In this document: piece after piece, positions 40,474 through 53,678 of the stretch
Position numbering within the stretch: position 1 is the stretch's first letter
Layout: each line of letters starts with the position of its first letter
Assembly: GCF_001194135.2 (NCBI RefSeq)
Contig: NC_068991.1
Location: 59,822,720 to 59,886,719 of the forward strand
Direction of reading: 5' to 3'
Length of the DNA: 64,000 bases
DNA from: Octopus bimaculoides
Lineage: Eukaryota
Program-made: the position numbers and the translations under genes
The notes under the pieces: model-generated
Told to the model about the DNA's origin: nothing
What the model saw: only the letters and a program-made list of their open reading frames with translations
Databases searched by the model: none

Positions 40474-41058
40474 TACTAAATCATATATAAAAAAATTTTC
40501 TTCCTATTATTATTATTGTGTTCAAATTCTACTGAGGTCAGCTTTGCTTTTCATCCTTTTGGGGTTGATAAATTAAGTACCAGTGAAACACTGAGGTCAA
40601 TGTAAATTTCAGGCCTTGTGGTTGTAGTAGTAGGATGATTATTATTATTATTCTCACTAATGCGTGTCCTTGTATTGTTCTCCTCCTCCTTTGCCCTTGT
40701 GGCAAATAAATGAAATCATCATCATGATCATTACCATCATCATCATTATTTTTTCTGTCTTTCATTTGTAATCTTATTTTGGGTTAGAACAATGCTACAT
40801 TGCATCTGCCTATGGTTATCAATCTTAACACTTAATTAAATCATTTTTACACTACATACAAGCAATATAATTTTCTATCTAGGTGTGTGTGTGTGAAGGC
40901 AATCCAGAACAGGTTTGGAAACTGCTAACCAGTATTTATTAAAATTAAAAAAAATATATATATACACTATGGATACAAGCAACAAAATTATGATCTAACA
41001 TACTCAGCAGAATTCAACCACAGTAATGCTTTCTCTTATATCATTTAGAGACAGAGAG

Positions 41059-41061
<3 letters not shown>

Positions 41062-41148
<87 letters not shown>
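41062..41148. repeat. (GA)n microsatellite; a similar tract lies at 60070-60150
   Basis: Directly visible. Confidence 0.95.
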
Positions 41149-41151
<3 letters not shown>

Positions 41152-41908
41152 AGTTCATTAAACCCATATAATGAATGCAGTGGTATCTGAACAGATACTT
41201 ACAGTCTTAAGTTAGGATATATTTGTAGATGGCTTAGCAATATATTTATAAAGATATTATATGTAATAGCCTTTTCTCAAGTAATTATTTTTATATGTAA
41301 AATCATAAAACTCACTTCTGTGCATCATCACCATCATCACTACACATGCACACAAACATACACAGGCTCACATACACACACACTAATATTCGCTATAATG
41401 TCAAGTTTTCATAGAAACAATTTTGCATTAAACTAAAGAATTGTTCAATATTTTTTGTAGATTACATATCTAATGTTTTTTTAACAAAAATAGTAGATAG
41501 TGACTTTCAGGTTTCACCCTTCATCTGACTTCACGGTCTGATGAAAGCCAAGGAGGCTGCAACTTCCAAGTCACTGTCAATACTATTTTTGTTAAAAAAA
41601 AAAAATAAATAGATAATGTATATATATATATGCATATATATGTATATATATGTTTATATGTATGTATGTATATATATATATTTATATATGTATGTATATA
41701 TATGTCGAAACGCCTGTGTTAGAATGGGGTAGCTGATGAAGGAAAATGTTCTCTATGTGGCCTGTGTGTGTTCTGTACTCTGGTTATTATTATTTTTTTG
41801 TCTATGTTTTGTTTGCAATGTTCTGTACCCAGATATGCACCTATATATACAGGTGGACGTAGGTTTGCACATACCTGTACGTGTATATGCAGATACTCAT
41901 TTATTATT

Positions 41909-41959
<51 letters not shown>

Positions 41960-42038
41960 TATGTATGTATATACATGTATGTATGTATATACATGTATGT
42001 ATATGTATATGTGTATATATGTATGTATAAATATGCAG

Positions 42039-42075
<37 letters not shown>

Positions 42076-42169
42076 GTAAATATTTATATCTATGTATGTA
42101 TATATATATGTTTATATATCTATATATATATATATATATATGTATATGTGTATATATCATCATCATCAT

Positions 42170-42310
42170 CATCATCATCGTTTAACGTCCGCTTTCCATG
42201 CTAGCATGGGTTGGACGATTTGACTGAGGACTGGTGAAACCGGATGGCAACACCAGGCTCCAGTCTGATTTGGCAGAGTTTCTACAGCTGGATGCCCTTC
42301 CTAACGCCAA
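42170..42310 (+). mobile_element. Young family C SINE-like element, preceded by (CAT)n
   Basis: catcgtttaacgtccgctttccatgctagcatgggttggacg...ggatgcccttcctaacgccaa; more than 10 decayed relatives in the window. Confidence 0.85.
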
Positions 42311-42316
42311 ATATGT

Positions 42317-42374
<58 letters not shown>

Positions 42375-42407
42375 GTGTGTATATATATATATATGTATAT
42401 ATATGTG

Positions 42408-42486
<79 letters not shown>

Positions 42487-43992
42487 TTATTTTTCTATGT
42501 ATATATATGCATTTTCTTTCTCTCTCATAGACACGCATGCGCGCGCGCATACACACACACACACACACGCATGCACAGCAATGTAAATTTGGATTTGGTA
42601 GAATTTTGGCATATTCTTTATGCAGCACTGATATATAAATTTCCAACTAATCTACATATGAAGGCTGGTATTTAATGCAGTCCATTGCTGCAGGAAGTTC
42701 AGGTATTGATCTCTGATAGAATGAATTGATGTGTTTTTGTAGAGCAACACTGATGTTGACGATATCAGTATAGCATAAGTTACATTTGTTTCTGTACCAA
42801 TCTGCTTTGAGTCACATTATGAACATATAATTATGTGTGGTGAAGACTTGCTTAAAACTTTCATTATGGCACGTCTTTAGACACCTAACAAGCTCAGCTG
42901 TTATTCATGAAATGTGAAAAAGATATTTATTATTCCTTATATATTTCCATAGCCCTTCTATCAATGAGCAACTCAGTGGCTGGGCCTGTTTTCATGGTAG
43001 ATTGCAGACTACATTGCATAAAAGCACCGTCTGACGATGGCAAAAGCTGTTTTAGGAAGTTTACATACATTTGGACAAGATTCTGTAGTGCACAAAAAAA
43101 AAAAAAGAAAAATAGAAAAAAAGGAAAGACTTTTTTTCAAAATTATTGAAACATTACTGATAAATGCTCTAGTTTTAAATGTGTTTTTCTTTTTATTAAA
43201 AGTAAGTGGAAGAAAAAGTATGTCTTTATAGGCATAGCTATGACATTAAGAAATTCACTTTGCAACCACATAGATTCTGGTTCAGTACCTTGAGCAAGTG
43301 ACTTCAGTTAAAGCCCTGCATCAACCAATGCTTTGTGAGTGAAGTGGGCAGGTGGAAACTATGGAAGCCCATTGTGTATGTGTGTGCATGTATTTATATG
43401 TGTATATATGTGTGTGTGTGAGAAGGTAGAATTGGTTGAAGTCTTTGGTGTAGAATTTGGTAGACTGAGACAACTGGGGTGATAGAGGAGGAAACACATG
43501 TTGCATTGGCTGGGTAGGGTTGATGTGTAGATTCCTAATTCAAAGGAGCAGGAATTATTGTAGTAGCAGAAGAGACAAAAAGGGAACAGAGTGCAATGTT
43601 GTATGTTAATTGGGATCAATTAACATACAATTTGGAAAAATCTAGATCCTTTTATAAATTTTGGATTCTGGGATACCTTTAAAAGATTTTGGGTATTGTT
43701 GAATAAGTGTCCTTTCTACGATAAAATGACATTGTTTATTCAGTACATGAACAATTTCAAGGCAATGGAAAGACACACTATCTCTCTCTCTCTCACACAC
43801 ACACATGGCAGGCATCCTGCAGTTTCTGTTTTCCAATTCCACTTATATGACTTTGATCAGACCAAGACTGTAGTAAAAGACATCTACTCACAATACCACA
43901 TACAAGGAATGAACCCAAAATTACATAGTTGTGATGTAAGCTTCTTCCTCATACAGCCATGACAACACTTATATATATATATTCTCACAGTG

Positions 43993-44320
43993 AAGGCATT
44001 ATAGCTCAGTGGTTAGAGCATCGAGTTTACAATCATGAGGTTGTGAGTTTGATGCCTGGACTGGACTGTGTATTGTGTTCTTGAGCAATATACTTCATTT
44101 CATGTTGCTCCAGTTCACTCAGTTGTAGAAATGAGTTGCAACATTACTGGTGCCAAGCTGTATCAGCCTTTGCTTTTCCTTTAGACAATATCAGTGTCAT
44201 GGAGAGAGGAAACAGGCATGCATTGGTGACTGTTGGTCTTCCATAAACAACCTTGCCTGGACTTGGGCAACTTTCTTGGTGCAATCCATTGTTATTCATG
44301 ACTGAAGAGGTATTTACCAT
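43993..44320 (+). mobile_element. tRNA-derived SINE (family E)
   Basis: tagctcagtggttagagca A-box; body collinear with 35944-36255. Confidence 0.85.
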
Positions 44321-45261
44321 TATATAATCTCACTGTATCAAATTAGATTATCGGACATTGTTATACACCTCTGGATACAATGTGCTTCTTTGTAGCTTTC
44401 AAATAATGCCACCTTGCTAACTAAGCAAGCAGCCCCCCTCTCCCCACCCCTCACACCATCTTTGGAACACTAGTCTTGCAGAGTTACCAATTTACAGCTG
44501 AATTAATAAGGGCAATTGAAATGAAGTGTTTTGCTCAAGAACACAATCCACCACTAGTTTAGGAATTTAAACATGATCACTAAGTCACATGTCTTTGCAC
44601 ACAGACGCAGACACATACACATGTGAGAGAGAGAGAAATGTAAAAATGTATGCTTCAAATTTTGTGTATGTACAATGCCTGTATATTTATGTATGTTGGT
44701 AATTAAAAAGTAATAAGAACATGTTGGTTTTTTTTTATATACTAAATTTATGCAGCTCAGATTACAATGTGTATATGTGTTTTTGTATATGTCTATGTAA
44801 TGTTGTTTTAATGACTAACATTTATTGTTTGATGATGGCTCTATTCACCCACCACCTTTCAGAATGTATGTGTGGGTTAGTTTGTTTGTCCTGGGATGTG
44901 AAATACTCACTACCTCTGAGTACTTGAAGACTGGGATATTGTGTCTGGGGGAAAATATAATCAAATTATATAGAAAAATATTGTCAGACAATAGTAAAAG
45001 CTGTTTGGGAAGGGTACACATGTTTGAACAAGACAAATGTAATGTGTATGACTCTATAGTGTGCAAAAAAACCTCCCAAAACACAAATCTTTTTCTGTTG
45101 CCAAAATGTTTATTGTCAAAACAAAACATGGGTAATAAATGGTCTTATTTAAAAAAAATTTTTCTTTACTTGTTTCAGTCATTTGACTGCAGCCATGCTG
45201 GGGCACTGTCTTGAATGGTTTAGTAAAAAAAAAAAGATTGAACTCAGGACTTAGTTTTTAA

Positions 45262-45482
45262 CCCTTTAGCATTTAAACCGGCCATATCCGGCCAAAAGTA
45301 TTCTGCCTGTTTTATACTCAAACTGGCCAGATCTAGTCTCTCACACCAATCCTACAATATCGTTTTAAAAATTAACAGCTACCTCATCAAAATCTCATAG
45401 CTACAAGGTAATGCATGATTAGTTCAAAACAATGTGGATAAAAAAGCATTAACTTTGGCAGAATAATGTGAACACGAAAGGG
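45262..45482. mobile_element. piggyBac-type MITE inserted at a TTAA inside a family A SINE
   Basis: TTAA at 45258-45261 and 45483-45486; termini CCCTTT...AAAGGG; host SINE continuous across the site. Relatives at 47728-47952, about 31750-31955 and about 48460-48635. Confidence 0.85.
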
Positions 45483-47490
45483 TTAAGCCTGGTACTTATT
45501 CCATGATCTGTTTTGCTGAACTGCTAAGTTTAGGGGGGGTGTAAACAAAACAACACTGGTTGTCATGCAGTGTTGGGTGGGTGTGACAAACAGACACAAA
45601 CACACCTACACACAGATATTATATACATACTGGATAAGCTTCATTCAGTCTATGTCTACCAAATCCACTTGCAAGACTTTGGTCAGCCTGGGGGTTATAG
45701 TAGAACCCCCAAGGGGCCATGTAGTGAAGCTGAACTTAGATCACATGGTTGGGAAGTAAGCTTCTTTACCACAGAGCCATGTCTGTGATCAAAAACATTC
45801 CAGCTGTTAACATTCTGTCCTTTTGTACATGCAAAACTACACTGTGCAGTGAAGCTAGACGGGGTATATGGCTGCTATTTCTATAGGTGGAGCAACCGAT
45901 CCCTTCATCAGTTTGTTTGATGTCTTTGTTGTTTGTGTCGATGCTTCAACGATATCTTCATTAAAACATGAAAAGATTTTCATGACTAAGATTTTCCATT
46001 AATATGAATCAAATTTATATCAAATAATGATTTATACTGAAATTACACTGCATGTCATAAGATGGTCATTGTTTAGACCATGATCTGTTTCACAGCACTG
46101 AGCCAATGGGTCAACCTCTACATGGGTCAAGGCTTGGCTGTATGGTTAGGAAGCTTGCCTTGCAAACACCTGGTTTTGGGTTCAGTACTAGTGCTCCACC
46201 TTGGTCAAATATCTTCTATTTTAGCGTCAGGCTGACCAATGCGTTGTAAGTGAATTTGATAAACTGAAAATGTGTGGAAGTCCATTGTGTGCGTGTAATA
46301 TATGTTTATATTTTTCTGTGTGCCCCCCCCTCCCACTTCTTGGCAACTAGTAACAGTTTACATTTGTCCCTATAACTTAGTGGTTTCAGCAAAGAGACTG
46401 ATTGAATAAATATCTTTTACCTTTATTTTTTATTATTTGTTTCAGTTATTAGCGGCCATGGTAGAGCATTGCTTTAAAGAATTTTTAGTTGAATGTATTG
46501 ACCCCAATACTTATTTCTTTACACCCTGGTACTTATTCTATTGGTCTCTTTTGCTGAAATACTAGCACCAGTTGTCAAGCAGTGGTGGGGAGACATCACA
46601 GAAACAAAGACACACACAGATATATATATATATATATATATATATACACGCACACACACATGTATATATACATATACGACAGACTTCTTTCATTTCCGTT
46701 TACTGAATCCACTCTCAAGACTTTGGTCAGCCCGAGGCTATAGTAGAAGACATTTGCCCAAGATTCCACACAGTGGGACTGTACCCAGAACCATGTGGTT
46801 GCGAAGCAGACTTCTTATCACACCTGTGCCTGCCCCTAGTCTTAAAAAATAAAACATGGCTGCAGTCCAATGATTGAAACAAATAAAAGGTAACAGATAA
46901 AAGAAAATGATACTGAGAACATGATATACAACTCCCCTTCCCCCTCACACACACAATCCGTGTAGTTATCAGGATGATGATATTTCAGTGTAGGGCTTTA
47001 AATCTGATAGCTGCTTTCTGAAAAGCATTAGCAGCAAGTAAAGAGAGAGAGAGAGAGAAAGAGAGAAAAATTACATTAGGTAAGAATCAAAACTGGGTTG
47101 TGGACCCAACTCACTTCCAATGATTTATTTTATACTTGTTGGCATTTACATGAAGTCTTTAATGAATTCCCTAAGGACAAAAGATTATGAAATATTAAGC
47201 ATGAACACATTCTGGTTTATGTTATAATTTCACATCTTTAATATTTTATCTCTCTAGAAGGTGGTGAGCTGGCAGAATTGTTAGTGGTATTTCGTCCATT
47301 TTTATGTTCTGAGTTCAAATTCGCCTTTCATCCTTTCAGGGGTTGATAAAATAATTATCAAAATCAATATTTTAATTTACTGTTTGATTTTTATCATTAT
47401 GTATTTTATTGTTTTAATTAGCTAAGTCATTTAGATTATTTTTAATGAAGAAAAGCGAAGCAGTCAAATTAACATGAAAATATATCTTAA

Positions 47491-47705
47491 CCCTTTGCCT
47501 GTCCTAAACCTCCATACTCGTTTTCAGACTTTTGGTTAGCCCTTGTTTCAAACATTCTGAGCAATATAAAACTTTTCGTTCATAAGTTCCAAGTCACTCT
47601 GGTATTTGAAAATAAATTGGGAATCTGTTTCATGTATGATGCATGGATTCCAGGGGAAAATATGTCCTGTATATCATATGTGATACAGAAGACAGGCAAA
47701 AGCGG
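47491..47705. mobile_element. Second piggyBac-type MITE family
   Basis: TTAA-ccctttgcctgtc ... gacaggcaaaag; empty-site equivalent at 48061-48090. Confidence 0.65.
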
Positions 47706-47727
47706 ATTGAAATCTCAGTTGATTTAA

Positions 47728-47952
47728 CCCTTTAACATTCAGATTTCTCTTTCAAATGTATTGTTTATTTATTCACATTGTTTTGAATCAATCATGATAA
47801 TGCATATCTCATACCGCCAAAATTTTAGTTATGCGATTGTTTACTTTTAGAATGACATTGTAGTATAGGTGTGAGAGGCTGAATCTGGCTGGTTTGAACA
47901 TAAACCAGGCAGAATATTTAGGCCAGCTATGGCCGGTTTAAATGCTAAATGG
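47728..47952. mobile_element. piggyBac-type MITE (same family as 45262-45482, opposite orientation)
   Basis: TTAA-ccctttaacattcag ... tttaaatgctaaatgg-CTAA. Confidence 0.8.
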
Positions 47953-48229
47953 CTAATGTTTGAATATTGATCATTGTTTTGTTTTTAATTAGCTATGTCA
48001 TTTTAATTATTTCTTTTTTCCTGAATAAAAATGAAACAGTCAAATTAACACTAAAATTATATCTTAAGTGGAAATCTCAGTTGATTTATAAATGTCAAAG
48101 TCAAAATATCAAACATCACGTTCAAAACCATTGTTGTCAGCTAACAGATAGATCTTTATCACATCTGATACTACACTGCCCTTTTACTACTATTATCATC
48201 ATCAACATTTTATTGTGCATCTCAATTCT

Positions 48230-48355
48230 GGTGTAGGTTGGCAGGGTCTGCTGTATCATCACTCGTCTTGACCTTTTGTCATTTCATCTCTGACACCGAC
48301 CCAACATCCTGAGATTTGACCTCACCACTTCTTCCCACATCTATCTCAGTCTCTT
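48230..48355 (-). mobile_element. RTE LINE 3' remnant
   Basis: Minus strand ..WEEVVRSNLRMLG.. fits the RTE pattern TWxEVVRxDLxxL. Confidence 0.5.
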
Positions 48356-48637
48356 TTTTAAGAGTACCCTACACTGACAGCATACAGAGTACCCTACATT
48401 GACAGCGTTCACATTGTGTATCTATATTTCTCTTCTATACTTCCTTTGATATCTTGTGACTTTTAAGCATTCATTTTTCTCGGTCAAATGTAATGCTCAT
48501 TTATTCACATTGTTTTGAATTGATCATGCAATATCTTGTAGCTTTCAGATTCCATTGATGTAATTGCTTATTTTTAGAATGATATTGTAGGGTAGGCATG
48601 AAAGTCTGGGATCTGGCCAGTGTTAACATAACAGGTA

Positions 48638-49204
48638 AACTAGAAACGTACTCAGAAAGCACAGACCTCTGCCAAGCAGCTCATTTCCACCCATATATAT
48701 GCATGCTGAAAATCACCCAATTTCTCAAACTAATGCTGGCAAAAACATAACCTCCTTGGCGGGGTTAAAGAAAAAAATAACACAGCCATATGATTTAAAA
48801 AAAAAAAACCCTTTAAAAACAGGAATCATCTGACGCAGTTATAATACATCAATGACAATAGCTAGCTAGTTTCACCATACAACTAAAAAGAAACAACAAT
48901 TACCTAAAACTTGAGTGATACACACACAAGTAAAATTACTAATAGAGAAATGAAAATAAACTTTGGAAACAGCAATGCCATCATAAGTTACGTGGAAATG
49001 ATGAATGTGTTTTCATGGGAGATAATCAAAGAACGTAACATTGTAATACTTCATGTAAAGTAAATATAACGTGAAAAATCCTTCAAGAATCCATAAAAAT
49101 TCCCAGATCACTACCACTTTTTGAGTTATTTTGCACATAGACAGAGGGACTGACGGACACACCAACGCCAATGAAAACATAACTTCCTTCCTTGGCGGAG
49201 GTAA
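48638..49204 (+). mobile_element. Helentron/DINE-1-like non-autonomous element(s)
   Basis: 5' subterminal cctctgccaag (48666-48676) is complementary to 3' ccttggcggagg (about 49190-49201); a second 3'-end copy cataacctccttggcgggg lies at 48746-48764. Confidence 0.55.
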
Positions 49205-50083
49205 ATACTCGAGTTAGATATGGCTGGTCAAAATGCTAAAGGTTTAATGATTAGTTGCTCTCTCTCCCCTCTCTTTCAGAATGATTTCTGTTCCATTTTT
49301 CAAGCATACGTACATACACACACAGACATGTGCTTGTATGTATACACATGTGCGCACTTTCAGTGTTTGATTTTATTTTCTAATATTTGCATTAAGATTT
49401 TGTCACTGTGATACTAAAACACAACTTTTATCTTGGAACCAAACCAATTTTTCTCAAGGATTAGATATTGCTGCTATCAGTTGATTCCACCTCACTGTAT
49501 CACTGGTACTGTTTTTTTTTTTCATTATCAATCCTGAAATCTGAACATAGCATGTAGTAACTCAAAAGAAATACTATAATTAATGCATGTAGCCTGGCAC
49601 TAAATTTGGCCAACACTGCAACAAATCCTGTTCCTTGACAAAAAAAAAATCTTAATATTCCTAACCAATTAAGCGTCTTGTTTATTATTAAGTTAATTAA
49701 ATTACAGTGACGCAAACTAAATATCCTATTTTGCTATAAGGCAAGAAAACAATTAGGGATTAAGACCTCTTGAAGTAGTTCTCTTCCTAATTTGATATAA
49801 GCTCTTTACTGAATTATTTACTCCTTATCTCATATTCTTTTCCTTCACTGTCACTCATTTTTTTTTTTATTATTCAAAGTGTCGTTCTTAAATAAAGACA
49901 AAATCTATAATTCTTATCCTGTTATTGGTCCCAACCAATTATTATGCTCCTTAAATGGTCTTAAAAAAATCTGGCTTCACTGTTTTTAAGTTGCTGCAGG
50001 ACTACTTTTCTTTCATATATGAAGTTTTTGATATTTATATATATTTTTTTGACTTTACATTTTCTTTATTGATCTTCTCAAAG

Positions 50084-50240
50084 TAGTTAATGATAATAAT
50101 ACCCATGGATTCTCAGCAATAAAGTTACCTGCATCATTTATTTTGCTGGAGAAATTATTATCAGAATTAGCTGTAGGAAAAGGGATTAACTCTAAGAAAA
50201 ACCCATTAAAGATATATTTAATTGGCCCTTTACAGTTTAT
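50084..50240 (+). CDS. Candidate coding exon of gene 3 (xVNDNNTHGFSAIKLPASFILLEKLLSELAVGKGINSKKNPLKIYLIGPLQF)
   Basis: Acceptor tttctttattgatcttctcaaag|, donor |gtaatt, 157 nt with one open frame in unique AT-rich DNA. Confidence 0.4.
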
Positions 50241-51163
50241 GTAATTTTCACTAAGCATTTTATATTTTATTTATTTTTGCTATTAGGGCTGAGAAGCTAG
50301 AGCAGAAATGGTAGTTTTGGACTAAATACTAGACAGCATTTAGTGATTCCCAGTTCAGTTGTCAATAAAATTGACTTTGCTGTTCACCCCCTCTTGGTTT
50401 CAGTAATATAAATACGATTGTGTCAGTTCAATCGACTTGTAATCTGTCCTCTACTAATCTATTGCCTATTGCTAATATAAAGAATAAATATTATTGTTCT
50501 CATTGTTTTACTGCTACATCTTTACATGCAAGCAAAAGGATGTGTGAAAATTTGTCTATTTGCATATTAATTGGCTTTATATCTAGATATCTTGATAGGT
50601 GCTGATGGGGCTGTGTGATTACACACACACACACACGCATTCATAAAAGGCTTCAAAATAGTATCTGTCTATAAAATTCCATTCAAAAGGCATTGGTCAA
50701 CTGTAGCAGTGGAATCAAATCTTGAACCATGTGGTCGCCAAGTTAAACCATTTTAATTTTAAAAGGAAACTTAATTTAATTCTCCATCCAGATTTCTATT
50801 ATATAATGTTTTTTTTTTAGAGAAACAAATATCCAAAATACTTCTAGTTTAATTTCTTTTCCAGAAAATACTTTAAAAATAAACTACAAGGTAAAATGTT
50901 TGGACTGGCTATGTGGTAAGAAGCTTGCTTCCCAACCACATGGTCCTAGGTTCAGTCACTCTGCATAGTACCTTGGGCAAGTGTCTTCTACTATAGCTGA
51001 CCAAAATTTTGTAAGTGGATCTGGTTGACAAAAAATGAAAAAGCCCATATATATATATATATATATATANNNNNNNNNNNNNNNNNNNNNNNNNNNNNNN
51101 NNNNNNNNNNNNNNNNNNNNNNNNNNNNNNNNNNNNNNNNNNNNNNNNNNNNNNNNNNNNNNN

Positions 51164-51195
<32 letters not shown>

Positions 51196-52199
51196 TACCA
51201 TGCTTAAAATATAAATAAGTACTGGGGTTGATCCATTTGACTAAAAAAAATTGTTCTAGGTGGTGCCCCAGCATGGCTGCAGTCTAATGATTTGAAGCAA
51301 GTAAAAAATAAAAGTTACCAAAACCTTTTCACACTTTTACTAATCTCAATCTGTTTTAAAGCAAAATAGATAACACACAAGTCAACAGACTCACTGAAAA
51401 TTCTCACTAAAACTAGGAAAACAGTAATTTAAATTAGAAGAAAAAAAAAGCACCTTTAGAATTAAAGTTAAAACTCATTATGCAATGTAGAGAACTGATT
51501 TTAAATGGTTTAAAGAGATTAAAAATAGCAAATCATTTTATGCCATTTCAATAAGATTTTATGGAAGGAAATTTATTGTTATAAATAACAATAAATTTAT
51601 ATGGCTTGTTAAAAGATATTTGAAAAGAAAACATATTTATGCTAATCAAATATATCATTATTTGAAAGTGACAATTATTATGCTTGAATATTAAACAAAG
51701 CAATTAATTAAATAAAAATAAGAGCAAACCATTTCACTATTTGTGCTAATAAGTTTTACACACAACAACATTGTTATTGTGAGATCTAAATTAATAAAGA
51801 GAGAGAGAGAGTACTACTTAGAAATTATTATTATTATTATTTGTAAATATTTTCTATGGTATTTATTGATTTGATTCCACTTCATGACACATTCTGAGCT
51901 TTAAAATAACTCAATCAATTACAAGAAAGAACATCCAGAGAATTGGAAAACATATTTACCACAGTTAAATAATGATATAGAATAAACCTTGAACAGCAAA
52001 TTATACAATAAATATTTTTCTTTTCTTATGCACATCTTATTACAGTTAAGCTTCTAACTATTTTGCTCTACACCCTCATCCTTTTTGTTTGTTTTCTTTT
52101 GGCGTTATATATCAATAGTATTATTCAGTAGAAATTAGCAATTATTTCTATTCTAAGAGAAATAATTTGAGTCATATGTCTATATTATTTGTCTGACAG

Positions 52200-52244
52200 C
52201 ATCAGAAGAAGAAGAAAAATATTTCCTTGACAGCAATACCACCT
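52200..52244 (+). CDS. Candidate penultimate coding exon of gene 3 (xSEEEEKYFLDSNTT)
   Basis: Acceptor ttatttgtctgacag|, donor CCT|gtatgt, 45 nt, phase 1/1, joins 55367 in frame. Confidence 0.45.
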
Positions 52245-52509
52245 GTATGTCAAAGATATCAAAGAAGCAAAATAGATGATATAATCTCTCTTAAATAGCA
52301 GGAAAGAAAATAAACCCAACAATAAAGATTTTATCATCCTTTAGATCAGATTACCATACTGTTTAGAAATTAGTAAAGCAGAGCATCATCGATAGGTTAC
52401 AAATATGATTCCATTCAAATGCAGCACCTTAGAAGATAGCAACAAATCCCATTCAGAGATTTATCATCATCATCATCACTGTTTTAACATTCACTTTTCC
52501 ATGCTTGTA

Positions 52510-53678
52510 CATAGACATGACAAAAGTAAATAGACAGTCTTAATGTGAATATCTAATATTTAATATTTAAAATGCCCTTTGCATTTTTCAGTGCAAGGAC
52601 CCTATTAGGCATGCTACTGATCAGATGATGAGTATTCTCTTGATGAATTTCTTGCCAAGTTTCATAGAATAATCTCTAAAGATCTGGCTGTGAGGATGCT
52701 TTGTTGTTCTTTTTATGAGGTGTCCTGTCCATTATGCCCCAGAAGTGTTCAATAGGGTTCACGTCTAGTAACTGGCTTGGCCATGGAAGCTTTTTAATGC
52801 CATTCTCTACCAACCAATCTTCGGTCTTTTTAGCCATGTTACATCTTCCATCTTCCATAAATAAAGTCTTTTTTTAATCATTTCACCACCAGAGAAGATT
52901 GGAAGGAGTCCTTTCTGCAATATGGACACATATTTATCTGAGTTTATGTTCCCCTCACACTCCACCAGCTCTAATTGACTATTGCTCCAAATTGTTCCCC
53001 AGACCATCACAGAATAGCCACCGTGTTTCATTGTTGGCTGCAACCTTTTCATGTCAAATTCTTGATCACAGAGTCTCCAGACTCACACTCATCCACTGTC
53101 AGAAAATACAGCAAATTTGGACTCATCAGAGAATATGACAGTGTCCCAAAATGCAATTGGCCTCTCCACCTTCTCACTGACCCAATCTTTTCTCCACTTG
53201 ATATTGGCTGGTTGAAGAAATGACTCCTTCTTGCTGCTCTGCCATAGTAGCCAAGTTTGTGGAGATATCTGACAGCTGTTCTGGGACTGACATCAACCTG
53301 TTCTGCTGTCAGAGGTCTTGCAATAAGGATTATCCTCCACATTTCTCCTGTCAGAGGGGCCTGGTCAACCTGGGCAAGATGATGTGAACTCCTTCCCCTC
53401 TCTGGTGAATTGCACAATGGCTCTGTTAACTGTAGAAAGCAGAATCTCAAGGTTTTATGCAATTTTACACTAAGTCCACCTTCAAATTGACTCAGAATAC
53501 AGTCTCTTTGAAATTCAAACAGTTCCAAGGCTTCTTTTGTATGTGGCATGATTAAGTAGTCATGTATAGAACCTGAAACAAAAATGTCAATTAATATAAA
53601 ATATAAACCATCTCAAGTTAAAATAAACATAAAACAATGTTTTTTTGGGGATGTCTATTTACTTCTGTCATGTCTATG
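52510..53678 (-). mobile_element. Tc1-family DNA transposon, 1169 bp, with both TIRs
   Basis: 27-bp TIRs at 52510-52536 and 53652-53678 (1 mismatch); TA at the left boundary and CA (mutated TA) at the right. Confidence 0.92.
52676..53549 (-). pseudogene. Frameshifted Tc1 DD34E transposase
   Basis: Three ORF pieces with VSPRTAVRYLHKLGYYGRAARR, PTMKHGGYSVMVWG and WPSQLLDVNPIEHFW (canonical WPSQSPDLNPIEHLW). Confidence 0.92.

Noticed and set aside
43993-44075. tRNA genes (also at 8877, 35944 and 5490)
   Set aside because: A/B-box heads run straight into repeated SINE cores, and no intact cloverleaf is evident.
30340-48410. Short 20-27 bp tandem duplications (about 30345, 32890 and 48362)
   Set aside because: Ordinary slippage duplications with no further structure.
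50055-50258. Minus-strand 67-aa ORF
   Set aside because: No credible minus-strand acceptor; it is the in-register antisense of the better plus-strand exon candidate.
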